From positions 2,656,001 through 2,720,000 of the forward strand of contig OY761556.1 of assembly GCA_963664705.1 (NCBI GenBank): 64,000 nucleotides of DNA, written 5' to 3'. The notes beneath the pieces were generated by a model. That model was not told where the DNA came from. It saw only the letters and a program-made list of their open reading frames with translations, and searched no databases. Below are positions 10,040 through 21,115 of the stretch, piece after piece. The DNA comes from Acidobacteriota bacterium (GTDB taxonomy: Bacteria > Acidobacteriota > UBA6911). The position numbers were made by a program, and so were the translations under genes. The number at the start of each line of letters is the position of its first letter. The first letter of the stretch is position 1.

Positions 10040-11614
10040 CTACTTCTTCGCCCGCGCTCTGCGATAGGAATAATACATATCGTAGGCCTTAAGCTTCTCC
10101 AGATTCGGTATCGGCTTCGCGCTTGTTTCTTTGTTAAAGAACAAAACCCGCTGATCCTTCTCCGTAAAGACCGGCCACTTTGGCAGGCCTGAACCATTCG
10201 GATCGCCAGTTCTGGCGAAATTGATCCAATAAGAACGAATCATATCGGATAAAGCAAGGTCCTCGGCATTGGGCGTCCCTCCACCGGAGCCTCCGAAATT
10301 TCCGAAAACATAGGAAACTTCCGCACCATGGTTTGCCCCGTCAGGAGAGGAAGGAGTTCGGTGGTCAAAGTAGTATACAAAAGCCCTGCCCTTCCCTTTT
10401 TGGGACTGCATCCGTGCCCAAGCCCATGTAGGCCAGGCAAAAGCGAATTCCCGGAAAACATCCGCCGCCGCGCGAGCCGCTTCTGCATCCGTGGCATGAG
10501 GATACGCAGCTAAAATAACATCGGCTCGATCACCATAGCCTGATCGAATCTGCTTCTCAAAAGCGGCCGGCGTGGTTGGTCCCCGCATGAAAAGTCCGCC
10601 TTCATTGGAATTTGTGCCGGCAAGGATAGGCGTGTCATTGAACCGGCCCTTTTCATAAAGCTCGTATGGATCTCCCGGCAAAACATATCCATCGGCAACG
10701 GGCCAGAAGCTCGCTCCACCGCCCATTCCGCCTCCGGCAGCTTTCTGAATCTGGTCCGCAGACAATGCCCTTGCGGCCTTAATGTCAGCAGCTCCAAGCT
10801 TTTTTAAAAAGCTCTCGCCGTTCGCTTCGCCGAGTTGCAGCGCTGCAACATTCTGGCCCGCCTCATTCGAAATCCTCGGCGGCGCAAACGACCCTCCACT
10901 TTCCGAAATTGCACGTTGAAACAGCCCCTTGGCTCCCGGCGCCGCCGAAAGCATACCGACGGCGATTCCGCCGGCTGACTCACCAAAAATTGTTACTCGG
11001 GATGGATCGCCACCAAACCGGGCAATGTTCGATTTCACCCATTTCAGGCTGGCAATCATATCCTGAATCCCATAGGCACCAGATCCTTTGTCGCTCTCGC
11101 GGCTGAGTTCCGGATGCGCCATGAAGCCAAAAACTCCCAACCGATATGCGACGCTTACCAGCACCACTCCTTTTTGGGCAAATTTCGTCCCATCAAACAT
11201 CGGTGTCCCCGTCATTCCACCGACAAACGCACCTCCGTGAATCCACACCATAACAGGCCGTTTTTCAGCGGCTGTTTTTGCTGCCGTCCACACGTTCAGG
11301 TACAAACAATCCTCACTTACATTTGGTGAAGATCCCATCATTTTGGACATACTCGCATCCTGCATGCAGCCAGCCGCATAGCTGTCAGCCTTCCGGATAC
11401 CGGTCCATGCTTTAGATGGCACAGGCGCCTTCCACCGCAGATCACCCACCGGCGGGGCAGCAAATGGGATCCCCTTAAACGAGGCCACCCCATCGGAGAC
11501 AACTCCCTGTAGCTGGCCACCTGTCGATTTGACATTTTGTATCTGTGAAAGCGCATACGGTACTCCCATAAGCATGACCGCCACAAATGCGCCAGCCATC
11601 AGACTCTTCCTCAT
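10040..11614 (-). CDS. Exported type-B carboxylesterase (COesterase)
   Basis: Motifs FKGIPFAAPPVGDLRW, SEDCLYLNVW, GESAGG, NSNEG, GANHGAE, YWINFARTGDPN. Confidence 0.95.
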   Translation of the reverse strand: MRKSLMAGAFVAVMLMGVPYALSQIQNVKSTGGQLQGVVSDGVASFKGIPFAAPPVGDLRWKAPVPSKAWTGIRKADSYAAGCMQDASMSKMMGSSPNVSEDCLYLNVWTAAKTAAEKRPVMVWIHGGAFVGGMTGTPMFDGTKFAQKGVVLVSVAYRLGVFGFMAHPELSRESDKGSGAYGIQDMIASLKWVKSNIARFGGDPSRVTIFGESAGGIAVGMLSAAPGAKGLFQRAISESGGSFAPPRISNEAGQNVAALQLGEANGESFLKKLGAADIKAARALSADQIQKAAGGGMGGGASFWPVADGYVLPGDPYELYEKGRFNDTPILAGTNSNEGGLFMRGPTTPAAFEKQIRSGYGDRADVILAAYPHATDAEAARAAADVFREFAFAWPTWAWARMQSQKGKGRAFVYYFDHRTPSSPDGANHGAEVSYVFGNFGGSGGGTPNAEDLALSDMIRSYWINFARTGDPNGSGLPKWPVFTEKDQRVLFFNKETSAKPIPNLEKLKAYDMYYSYRRARAKK

Positions 11615-11652
11615 GATTCTCCTCCAAATGGCAATTCTGTTTTAGTTATGCA

Positions 11653-11691
11653 TGTCACACTATTATGACATAATGTCATAACAGTGTGACG
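11653..11691. promoter_or_regulatory. Tandem pair of TGTCAYA-N4-TRTGACA operators (sites 1 and 2)
   Basis: TGTCACActatTATGACA (11653-11670) and TGTCATAacagTGTGACG (11674-11691), in a divergent promoter region. An extended -10, TGTTATAAT, lies at 11694-11702. Confidence 0.8.
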
Positions 11692-11845
11692 CATGTTATA
11701 ATAGCCTTTTCCAAATGAAGATAGCGTGCTTCCGGGCTAAATCACGTCCATGCACTGCATAATTGAGCTTAGATCCGGAAATACCGAGACAGCGGCGTAG
11801 CGTGCCCACATGGCAAATCGACTCCTTAAACCAGGTGACTGACCG

Positions 11846-13159
11846 ATGATATCCCGGAAAGAAATCTCGCAATATAAAAAAGAAAATCTCATTTTTAAAA
11901 AGCAGATCGAAGAGCAAACGGGAAAAACCATCCAGCAGCATTATGAGGAAAGGTCCAAACGAGTCCGGGACGTCATTGAGTTGAGAACTCCGGATCGAAT
12001 GCCCTTCATGGTATTGGTTGAACCGCACAGCTATGCGGGAATTTCCAAATCCGCCGCATTTTATGATCCGATCACGCTCAAGCGCACCATGAGAAAAATG
12101 GCAATGGACTTTCAGCCGGACATGAGTGAACCTGGCTTTCCATCCTGCGGCGCTGCCATGACGGAACTCGATGTGCAGAACTGCGTCTGGCCGGGCGGCC
12201 CCAAGCCGCCGGACTATGACTATCAGTTCATCGAAGGGGAATACATGAAGGAAGATGAGTACGACATGTTCCTGAATGACCCTTCCGGCTTCATGATCCG
12301 ACGCTATCTTCCGCGCATATACGCCGCCCTAAACCCATTGGCCAAACTCCCTCCTCTGGACAGTATGTTCATGGGGTTTGAAGCCTTGACCCCGTTGTTA
12401 TCCAGCTCCGAATTTCGAGGAATGGTCAAGCACATAGCCAAGGCAGGAAAGCACGTTCAGGAGTTCCGCAAGCTCGTCGGCGATGCTAATGAGGAATTGG
12501 CACAGTTGGGGTTTCCGCCATTTGCCCGCTTCGCACCAGGGGGCGTAGGGGGAGCACCCTTCGATACGCTTACAAGTTTCCTGCGCGGCATGAAAGGCTC
12601 CATGCTGGATATGTACCGTCGGCCCGACAAGCTGCTCCAGGCCTGCGAGAAGATTCTGGATCGGCGCATCGCTTGTGCTATTCCCGCAGATGCAACCTTA
12701 ATGGACTTTCCCCCAAGGGTAGGGCTGCCGCTCTGGAGAGGGGATCCGGTGTTTATGTCTGATGCCCAATTTAGGAAGTTTTACTGGCCCGGGCTCAAGA
12801 AGTCCCTGCAAACGCACGTGGACCTGGGCTACGTGCCGGTACCATTTTTCGAAGCACCATTCGGGGATAGACTTGAATGCCTTCTGGAGTTGCCGAAAGG
12901 AAAGATACTTGCTTCCATCGAAGCCGCAGATGCGGTTCGCGCCAAGGAAATTCTCGGCGGCCACACCAGCCTGTTGGTTCGTTGTCCGAATACCTGCAAG
13001 CTGTGGTCATTTGGTCAACTGGAATCCTTCATCAAGGATCTGATAAACAAATGCGGCAAAAACGGCGGACTCATCCTGGTTCTAAAGAAACCGGATTCAG
13101 TGGGAATTGATGAGATGCGGGCGCTGCTGAAATCCATGAATGAATATAGTCGGAATTAA
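11846..13159 (+). CDS. Uroporphyrinogen decarboxylase / MtaA-CmuA methyltransferase superfamily protein
   Basis: Motifs PDRMP, EGEYMKEDEYD, APFDTLTSFLRGMKGSMLDMYRRPDKL, FMSDAQFRKFYWP, CGKNGGLIL. Confidence 0.85.
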   Translation: MISRKEISQYKKENLIFKKQIEEQTGKTIQQHYEERSKRVRDVIELRTPDRMPFMVLVEPHSYAGISKSAAFYDPITLKRTMRKMAMDFQPDMSEPGFPSCGAAMTELDVQNCVWPGGPKPPDYDYQFIEGEYMKEDEYDMFLNDPSGFMIRRYLPRIYAALNPLAKLPPLDSMFMGFEALTPLLSSSEFRGMVKHIAKAGKHVQEFRKLVGDANEELAQLGFPPFARFAPGGVGGAPFDTLTSFLRGMKGSMLDMYRRPDKLLQACEKILDRRIACAIPADATLMDFPPRVGLPLWRGDPVFMSDAQFRKFYWPGLKKSLQTHVDLGYVPVPFFEAPFGDRLECLLELPKGKILASIEAADAVRAKEILGGHTSLLVRCPNTCKLWSFGQLESFIKDLINKCGKNGGLILVLKKPDSVGIDEMRALLKSMNEYSRN

Positions 13160-13387
13160 GGCCAACAAGGAAACTGGAAACCAGGCTATCCGTATACAGA
13201 GACCGTTGCAGATCGCCAGAAGCCGATTGGTTGGATCTGGAAGAATATAGACAAATTATGTCCATAGTCATGGCGATAGTATGTAATAGCAGGATGGCGG
13301 ATAGCGTATATACCCACATGCACCCATGATAGGATTTTCTCTGGCTTGGCCCCAAATTGTAATCAAATGCTCAAAGTGGAGGCAAAG

Positions 13388-14962
13388 ATGAGAAGGACAT
13401 TTCTCGCAATCTTTTTGACAATAGCGTTTGCGCAATTCTCCGTCTCCCAGATTCGCACGGCAAAGGTAACCGGCGGAAAAGTGCAGGGAGTGGTTTCTGA
13501 CAGTATTTCAGCATTCAAGGGAATCCCATTTGCCGCACCGCCGGTTGGAGATCTGCGCTGGAAAGCCCCCGCACCGCTGCTACCTTGGACAGGGGTCAAA
13601 AAGGCCGATGCTTTCGGGCCTGCCTGTATGCAAGCCTCCGGCGCAATGGGAAACACCGCACCGGTCAGCGAAGATTGCCTGTATCTGAATGTATGGACAC
13701 CCGCAAAAAAGCCTGGCGCAAAGATCCCGGTGATTGTTTGGATTTATGGAGGAGGCTTCAGCGGCGGATCAACCAGTACTTCCATGTATGACGGCATGGG
13801 CTTCGCCAAAAAGGGAGTAGTTCTGGTGAGTGTCGCGTATCGAGTCGGACCCTTCGGATTCATGGCCCATCCGGAACTGAGCCGTGAGAGCGGCAAGGGA
13901 TCGGGAAGCTACGGACTCGAGGATATGATTGCCGGGCTAAGATGGGTAAAGATGAATATTGCCCGGTTTGGAGGTGATCCCGGCAACGTGACAATTTTCG
14001 GGCACTCAGCCGGCGGCATGGCAGTCAACATGCTTGCAGCATCGCCTGTCACCAAGGGCCTTTTCCACCGCGCCATCTGCATGAGCGGAGGATCGTTTGC
14101 CCCGCTACAGTCTTCAAATGAAGGGGGAATCGATCTGGGAATTCCTACCCTAAAGCTGGCTGAATCAACCGGCGAAGCCTTTCTGAAGAGATTGGGCACT
14201 GCCGATATTAGGGCCGCGCGCGCGATCCCTGCGGAACAAATCCAAAAGAATATCGGGGGCGGAATGGGTGTCGGCGGATTCCGACCGCCTGCCGACGGAT
14301 ATGTTATTCCAAACGACCTGTACTCTATTTATCAGGCACGCCTTTTCAATGACACACCGGTTCTGGTGGGCAACACCTCGGATGAATTGGGATCATTCGG
14401 CAGTCGTGGACCGACCATTACGGCAGCAAGTTTTGAAGAGCAGATCAGGTCGCGATATGGGCCTCACGCCGATGCAATTTTGGGCGTATATCCGCATTCT
14501 AACGATGCTGAGGCTGCAAAGTCACAAAAAGGGCTTTCGCGCGAAAGCACGTTTTCCTGGAGCACGTGGACATGGGCTCGCATGCAAACAAAGCAAGGCA
14601 AGGGCAAGGCCTTTATTTACTATTATGATTTCCATGCGCCTAATGTAGACGGCTCGGGCCACGGCAGCGATGTCCCGTATGCATTTCAGACCCTGGGCGG
14701 GGGACGAGGCGGGGCCCCCAAACCGGAAGATATGAAGCTTTCCGAAGTAATCAGCTCCTATTGGGTCAATTTCGCAAAGACAGGCGATCCCAATGGACCC
14801 GGCCTCCCCAAGTGGCCTGCTTTCGCGGAGAGCAATCAGCAGGCGATGGTGTTCGATGCAACATCCGGAGCCAGACCCGTTCCCAATTTGGACAAGCTGA
14901 AAGCATTTGACTCCTATATTACATGGCGAAGAGAAGAAGAGAAGAAAAACGCCGGAAAATAA
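13388..14962 (+). CDS. Exported type-B carboxylesterase; close paralogue of 10040-11614
   Basis: Motifs SEDCLYLNVW, GHSAGG, NTSDE, GSGHGSD; RBS GGAGG before ATG 13388. Confidence 0.95.
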   Translation: MRRTFLAIFLTIAFAQFSVSQIRTAKVTGGKVQGVVSDSISAFKGIPFAAPPVGDLRWKAPAPLLPWTGVKKADAFGPACMQASGAMGNTAPVSEDCLYLNVWTPAKKPGAKIPVIVWIYGGGFSGGSTSTSMYDGMGFAKKGVVLVSVAYRVGPFGFMAHPELSRESGKGSGSYGLEDMIAGLRWVKMNIARFGGDPGNVTIFGHSAGGMAVNMLAASPVTKGLFHRAICMSGGSFAPLQSSNEGGIDLGIPTLKLAESTGEAFLKRLGTADIRAARAIPAEQIQKNIGGGMGVGGFRPPADGYVIPNDLYSIYQARLFNDTPVLVGNTSDELGSFGSRGPTITAASFEEQIRSRYGPHADAILGVYPHSNDAEAAKSQKGLSRESTFSWSTWTWARMQTKQGKGKAFIYYYDFHAPNVDGSGHGSDVPYAFQTLGGGRGGAPKPEDMKLSEVISSYWVNFAKTGDPNGPGLPKWPAFAESNQQAMVFDATSGARPVPNLDKLKAFDSYITWRREEEKKNAGK

Positions 14963-15020
14963 TTATGCCTGCTACCGGAAGCGCGCCGTCTCAGCGGCAT
15001 CAGCGTTGTGGGAACGGTAA

Positions 15021-16448
<1,428 letters not shown>

Positions 16449-16455
16449 TTCAATA

Positions 16456-16569
16456 GTCAGTGGTTGGTGGTTGGTGGTTGGTGGTTAGTAGCCAGTAGCC
16501 AGCAGTCGAGAGCCAGGAATCTGCAGGTAGTAATACCATGGACTCCTGGCTTCTGATTTCTGGCTTCTG
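16456..16569. repeat. Heptamer tandem repeat tract with a closing inverted repeat
   Basis: Nine 7-mers: GTCAGTG, GTTGGTG x3, GTTAGTA, GCCAGTA, GCCAGCA, GTCGAGA, GCCAGGA. Complementary 7-mers follow (ACTCCTG, GCTTCTG, ATTTCTG, GCTTCTG). Stem AGCCAGGA/TCCTGGCT. Confidence 0.8.
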
Positions 16570-16588
16570 CATTATGGAGGATTCAATT

Positions 16589-18307
16589 ATGCGAAAATTT
16601 TGGACGGCGCTTTCCATTGGAATTCTCGCCGTCCTGGCAGCCCAGGATTTATCCCGGGCTCAAGGGACTGCGGATTCCAAACTCAAGGCGCCTGATGCTC
16701 AATTTGAGGTTCTCAGCCCCTGGGCGGATGTTGATCCCATCCCGCTCCGCGGGATTTCCCCGAGAATTCAGACGCTCGCGGGAAAGAAGGTCGGATTGTT
16801 CGTCAATCCGAAGCGGGCGGCCAAGCCGATTTCCGAATCAATCGATAAAAGACTGAAGGCCATGTATCCCGATATCCAGACAATCGTCTTCAATTCTACC
16901 GAGGCGAATGTCAATGAAATCGAGACAAAGAACAAGGACAAATTCACGGCATGGGCAAAAGGACTTGACGCTGCCATTGCCGTCGTCGGTGATTGAGGGT
17001 CCTGCACAAAGTACCTCGCCTATAACACAATAGCGATCGAGGACTTTGGCAAGCCAGTCGTGTTACTGGCCAATAAGGGTTTTGTTACCGATGCTCAATC
17101 AGCTGCATCCAGCAAAGGCATGCCCGGCATCAGGATTGTAGGGGAATCTGTTGCCTGTGAATCCACTGTCAAATCTGAGATAGAAGAAGGCATAGCGGCA
17201 GCCATGAAAGATGTCGTGGAAGCTTTGACCAAGCCGCTGACCGCTGAAGAAAAAACTCCGAAACCACAAACGGGTAAAACTCCAAGGGTAGCATTCAAAG
17301 GAAGCCTTCAAGATGTAAACCGGTTTTACTACAGCAAGGGGTGGACCGACGGCCTTCCGATCATTCCGCCTACCGCGGAAGCTGTCGCAGAAATGCTAAC
17401 CGGAACGGATCTACCACCTGATCATATCGTGGCAACGATCATTCCGAGAAAGGGAAAGGCCACGGTCGAAAAGATTGCGATTAATGCAGTCATGGCAGGT
17501 GCTCTTCCGACTTACATGCCCGTCTTGATTGCTGCGGTACAGTCATTCGCCGATCCAAAAACGAGATTTGATACGTTTGAGGTGAGTACCGGTTCGTGGG
17601 CACCCTTCATTGCCATCAATGGCCGAATCCGAAACGACATCAACATCAATTGCAGTTCAGGCGCATTGAGTCCGGGGAATATCGCAAACTCAGCGCTTGG
17701 CCGGGCCGTTGGTTTGATCGTAAAGAACATCGGCGGAGCAAGAAAGGCTGTCGAGGATATGGGGGTCATCGGCAATCCGGGCAAATACAGCCTCGTAATC
17801 GGTGAAGATGAGGAATCCAGCCCCTGGGAATCCCTCAGTGTCGAGCGCGGCTACAAGAAAGAGGACAATACTCTGACTGTGTTCTTCCCCAACACTTTCA
17901 TCCAGACCGTCCCAACCGGAACAAACGCGCAAGGGATTCTGGATACGCTGGCCGGGATGACCACCAGCACTATGTCCAGCATCATTCTTATTCCTTCATG
18001 GGCCAGGGTGTTATCGAGTGAAGGATGGACCAAACAGAAGGTCAAGGAATACCTGGCGGCTCACGGGACTTCTATCCGCTCGAGTGTCGCTGGTTTTGGC
18101 AGCGATACGACTCTTCCGAAAATCCAGACAGACAGCCTTATGCTGCTGGTTGCCGGCGGGCCGGGCTCGTTTATCGCGGTGCTGAGAAGTGCGGGACCCG
18201 GGTTTTTCGAAAATGCCCTGGTCACGAAGAAGATTGAGTTGCCGAAGAATTGGGACAAGCTGGTAGCAAAGTACAAAGACATCAAACCGCATTACGAGAA
18301 GTACTAG
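16589..18307 (+). CDS. UGSC-family selenoprotein (Sec at TGA 16994-16996) with signal peptide, fused to a GWTDGLPIIPPT domain; 572 aa
   Basis: ORFs 16538-16996 and 17060-18307 are in the same frame. Reading through the TGA gives AIAVVGD-U-GSCTKYLAYNTIAIEDFGKPVVLLANKGF with no other stop. RBS GGAGG before ATG 16589; no obvious RBS before 17060. Confidence 0.88.
17003..17051 (+). promoter_or_regulatory. Candidate SECIS hairpin downstream of the UGA
   Basis: Nested pairs TGC/GCA, CAAAGT/ACTTTG, CCTCG/CGAGG and CTAT/ATAG close the loop AACACA (17024-17029). Confidence 0.6.
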
Positions 18308-18315
18308 AAGAGAAA

Positions 18316-18354
18316 GCCACGAATTTCACGGATAAGTTTCGTGAAATTCGTGGC
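18316..18354. terminator. Perfect 15-bp inverted repeat between convergent genes (probable bidirectional terminator)
   Basis: GCCACGAATTTCACG-N9-CGTGAAATTCGTGGC. Confidence 0.75.
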
Positions 18355-18366
18355 GGCTTTCCGATG

Positions 18367-20061
18367 TTAGGCCAACAGGATCTTGCGCACTTCACCTTCC
18401 GGATCGTCGACCATCCTACAGTTATTATCAAACACCATTGTCTGACACCGTGTCGGATCGAACGGTTCCCACGTCATCCCGGGCTGGCTGGGATTTCCGG
18501 TCCGGGCAAAATTCGCCCAGGCGGTGGACATCTTTTTTGCCAATGCCTGCGCTTCCGGACCGTTTCCGGTTCCCTGCTTGCACCGTTTTGTGTTATCAAA
18601 GCAAAAAGCCAATTCCGCCGTATGCCACGCGCCCGCATCTTCCAGCATTGGCGATTGCCATGAGAAATACCATAAAAATACTGGGGCACCCTTCAGCTGG
18701 TGTTTCATGGTAGCCATGCGAATGGCGTTGTTGCATATATTGAAAGTGTTCAAACCGCCGCCATTGCACATATACGACAGCTTACGAACGCTTTTATCCG
18801 GATGTACCTTTTTCATCGCCGCGACCAGTGCCGTAGCTTTGGCCTCGCCATAGCTCTTCGTCAGTGTGGCCATCCACTCAGCCTCCGTGGGCCGGGAGAG
18901 CATTGAATTCCCCTCCTCGCTCACCGAACCGATAAGCATAGGAATGTTCTTTGAGATTTCGGGGGCCGCATCGAAAAAGGACTTCATAGTAATGACGCGG
19001 CCATCCGCCGTTGGTCCCCATCCCACGCGCGGCTTTCCCGTTCCAGGCGGAGGAATCGGCCCGTAAACGCCCATTGGCGGGTTCATTTTGGCAGCGACAG
19101 CTTCGCCCAGCGCATTCAATTTAGCCCAATCCATTTTTTGGAGCGTGGCCATGTCGCGAACGCCTAATTCCGCGAAAACCCGTTTTGCATACTCGCTGGA
19201 TTGCTCAGCACTGGGAGCATCCCCGCCCCCACCGGACTGTGCGGATGCGCGATGAATCAAGCCTGCGGCCGAAGGCATGCCCAGAAGTGTCGTCACCTTG
19301 GAACCTCCGCCCGACTGGCCATAAATCATAATACAATCCGGATCGCCGCCGAAATTGGCGATGTTGTCCCGAACCCAGCGAAGCGCTGCCACAAGATCGA
19401 TCATCCCAACGTTCGACGATTCGGCATATGCCGTCCCGCCGATCGAGGACACATCTAGAAATCCGAGGATATTGAGGCGGTGATTGACCGTGACGGATAC
19501 GACGTCATGATGTCGGGCCATCTGCGCCCCGTCCTGGGAGGCAAGTTCGTACGCCGAGCCGAAAGAAAAACCGCCCCCATGGATATAGAACATCACCGGG
19601 CGCTTTCCCGTCAAACCGGGCGTCCAAATATTGACCTTCAGCATGTCCTCACTTTGCCAGCCATCCGTCCACTGCTGCAGAAACGTTTGCTCGCTGGACC
19701 AGTTATGCGGGTGCTGTGGACAATTAGGGCCATAGGTCAAAGCAGGGTATTCGCCATCCCACGGCGTCGGCGGTTTGGCCGGAAGCCACCTGTTTTCGCC
19801 TCCGGTATTTGCGCCATAGGGGACTCCCTTGAATGTCAGAATGCCATCCTCCACGTAGCCTCGCACCTTCCCGCATTGCGTATTTGCCACAGCGCTTCGC
19901 GGTGTGCTGCAGCTTGCCGCCGCCTGCGGCACCGCCGTATTTGCTCCGTTGCCTGAACCGCACGCAGCTGCAGCAAGCGCCGCTGCGCCCGCGGAAGCCG
20001 ATAGGATCAGGGCCTGTCGCCGGTTGAGTTTATTGCTGTCATTCGCATTCGATCTAGGCAT
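18367..20061 (-). CDS. Type-B carboxylesterase with Tat signal and possible lipobox
   Basis: Leader NRRQAL...AAAACG; motifs FKGVPYGA, SEDMLKVNIW, GQSGGG, SEEG, AWHTAE. Confidence 0.93.
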   Translation of the reverse strand: MPRSNANDSNKLNRRQALILSASAGAAALAAAACGSGNGANTAVPQAAASCSTPRSAVANTQCGKVRGYVEDGILTFKGVPYGANTGGENRWLPAKPPTPWDGEYPALTYGPNCPQHPHNWSSEQTFLQQWTDGWQSEDMLKVNIWTPGLTGKRPVMFYIHGGGFSFGSAYELASQDGAQMARHHDVVSVTVNHRLNILGFLDVSSIGGTAYAESSNVGMIDLVAALRWVRDNIANFGGDPDCIMIYGQSGGGSKVTTLLGMPSAAGLIHRASAQSGGGGDAPSAEQSSEYAKRVFAELGVRDMATLQKMDWAKLNALGEAVAAKMNPPMGVYGPIPPPGTGKPRVGWGPTADGRVITMKSFFDAAPEISKNIPMLIGSVSEEGNSMLSRPTEAEWMATLTKSYGEAKATALVAAMKKVHPDKSVRKLSYMCNGGGLNTFNICNNAIRMATMKHQLKGAPVFLWYFSWQSPMLEDAGAWHTAELAFCFDNTKRCKQGTGNGPEAQALAKKMSTAWANFARTGNPSQPGMTWEPFDPTRCQTMVFDNNCRMVDDPEGEVRKILLA

Positions 20062-20188
20062 TTTGCCTCCCCTTGGAGCATCGCGGCACTAGCAGCAAAC
20101 AAGCCTTCCCCGCGGCTCAGTGCCTGTATTGATTGCTGGTTCGTTTTTTGGATATCAATGTCGTTGTTTGTAACCTGGCCAAGCCCGC

Positions 20189-20243
20189 ATTATACATTGG
20201 ACCGGAAAAATACGTCCCTTGTTTGTGTCACATATTTGGGACA
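20189..20243 (-). promoter_or_regulatory. Operator site 3 plus TATAAT -10 box
   Basis: TGTCACAtattTGGGACA at 20226-20243. Minus-strand TATAAT at 20194-20189, 31 nt from the operator edge. The -35 position reads GGGACG (weak). Confidence 0.7.
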
Positions 20244-20376
20244 TCTTGATGCGGTTCTATCAGATGGATGTCAATCACAGAGCATTATGGCCGCAAAGCC
20301 TCCAGGATGTTTTGAATCCCGGAGGCTTTGGGATCTTGAGGTACTTGACCGGAGCAACCTCAAAAGCGATAGATTA

Positions 20377-21027
20377 TCAGTCGATCTTTTCGTGCCCAAG
20401 CATCTGCATGTAGCCGGTCTGGTAATACCCATTGAAATATGGCGACAGGAGTAGCGGCATGAATAGCAGCGGCTTCCCTACTCGCTTGATGTCCATCGGA
20501 TTGTGCTCAAATCCTCTTGGTATATAAAGGATACAGGGCTTGGTGATAATGTGCCTTTCATATTCCGGTCCGAGGAATATTTCAATTTCCGCATCGAAGT
20601 TCGCCGTCAAATCCGGCAGTTGGGCACCGAGGAAGAAAAGGTATTCATCCACATCGTGGTGATGGGACTGCAGCTCCATCTTGTATGGCTTGACATAATA
20701 GCGAAACCCAAAATTAATACCGGCACCGGGAAGGTCGCTGTTACCCCGAAAACTGATTGTCGGACTCAGAATTGTGTCGGTCAGCGGTTTCTCTTTAATT
20801 CTGTGACAAAACAGGTGGTCGTATTTGCTGCCCTCAGTCCCTTTGGGCCAAGGGGGAAGGTTTTTGGGCATTCGCAAATTCTCCAAGGGCTCCTTCTTCT
20901 CCTGGGCCATTGCCCCGGCCGGAGCGCCGACCTGGGCCATTGCCAATGCTGCAAGGGCGGTGGTTGCTGTTACATCGCTGAAAAATGCTCTGCGCGTTTT
21001 ATCGTTATTGTTAGTCCCTGAACTCAT
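20377..21027 (-). CDS. Tat-exported cupin-like protein of unknown function
   Basis: Leader TRRAFF; cupin-type motifs SHHHDVDEYLFF and LYIPRGFEHNP; RBS AAGGAG before ATG 21027. Confidence 0.75.
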   Translation of the reverse strand: MSSGTNNNDKTRRAFFSDVTATTALAALAMAQVGAPAGAMAQEKKEPLENLRMPKNLPPWPKGTEGSKYDHLFCHRIKEKPLTDTILSPTISFRGNSDLPGAGINFGFRYYVKPYKMELQSHHHDVDEYLFFLGAQLPDLTANFDAEIEIFLGPEYERHIITKPCILYIPRGFEHNPMDIKRVGKPLLFMPLLLSPYFNGYYQTGYMQMLGHEKID

Positions 21028-21055
21028 TGAACTTCTCCTTAGCATGTCTTCGAGC

Positions 21056-21103
21056 CTTTGAGCCTTTGAGAAAGAGGAGGGTGCAAAACTCAAAGGCTCA
21101 AAG
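21056..21103. repeat. REP-like octamer-based inverted repeat, copy 1
   Basis: CTTTGAGCCTTTGAG-N18-CTCAAAGGCTCAAAG; perfect 15-bp arms. Confidence 0.75.
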
Positions 21104-21115
21104 TCTCCGTAACAA

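Noticed and set aside
16456-16520. CRISPR array
   Set aside because: 7-bp units without spacers and no cas genes.
16538-16996. Stand-alone 152-aa gene with a separate gene at 17060
   Set aside because: Better explained as one UGA read-through gene. The first 17 codons come from the heptamer repeat tract.
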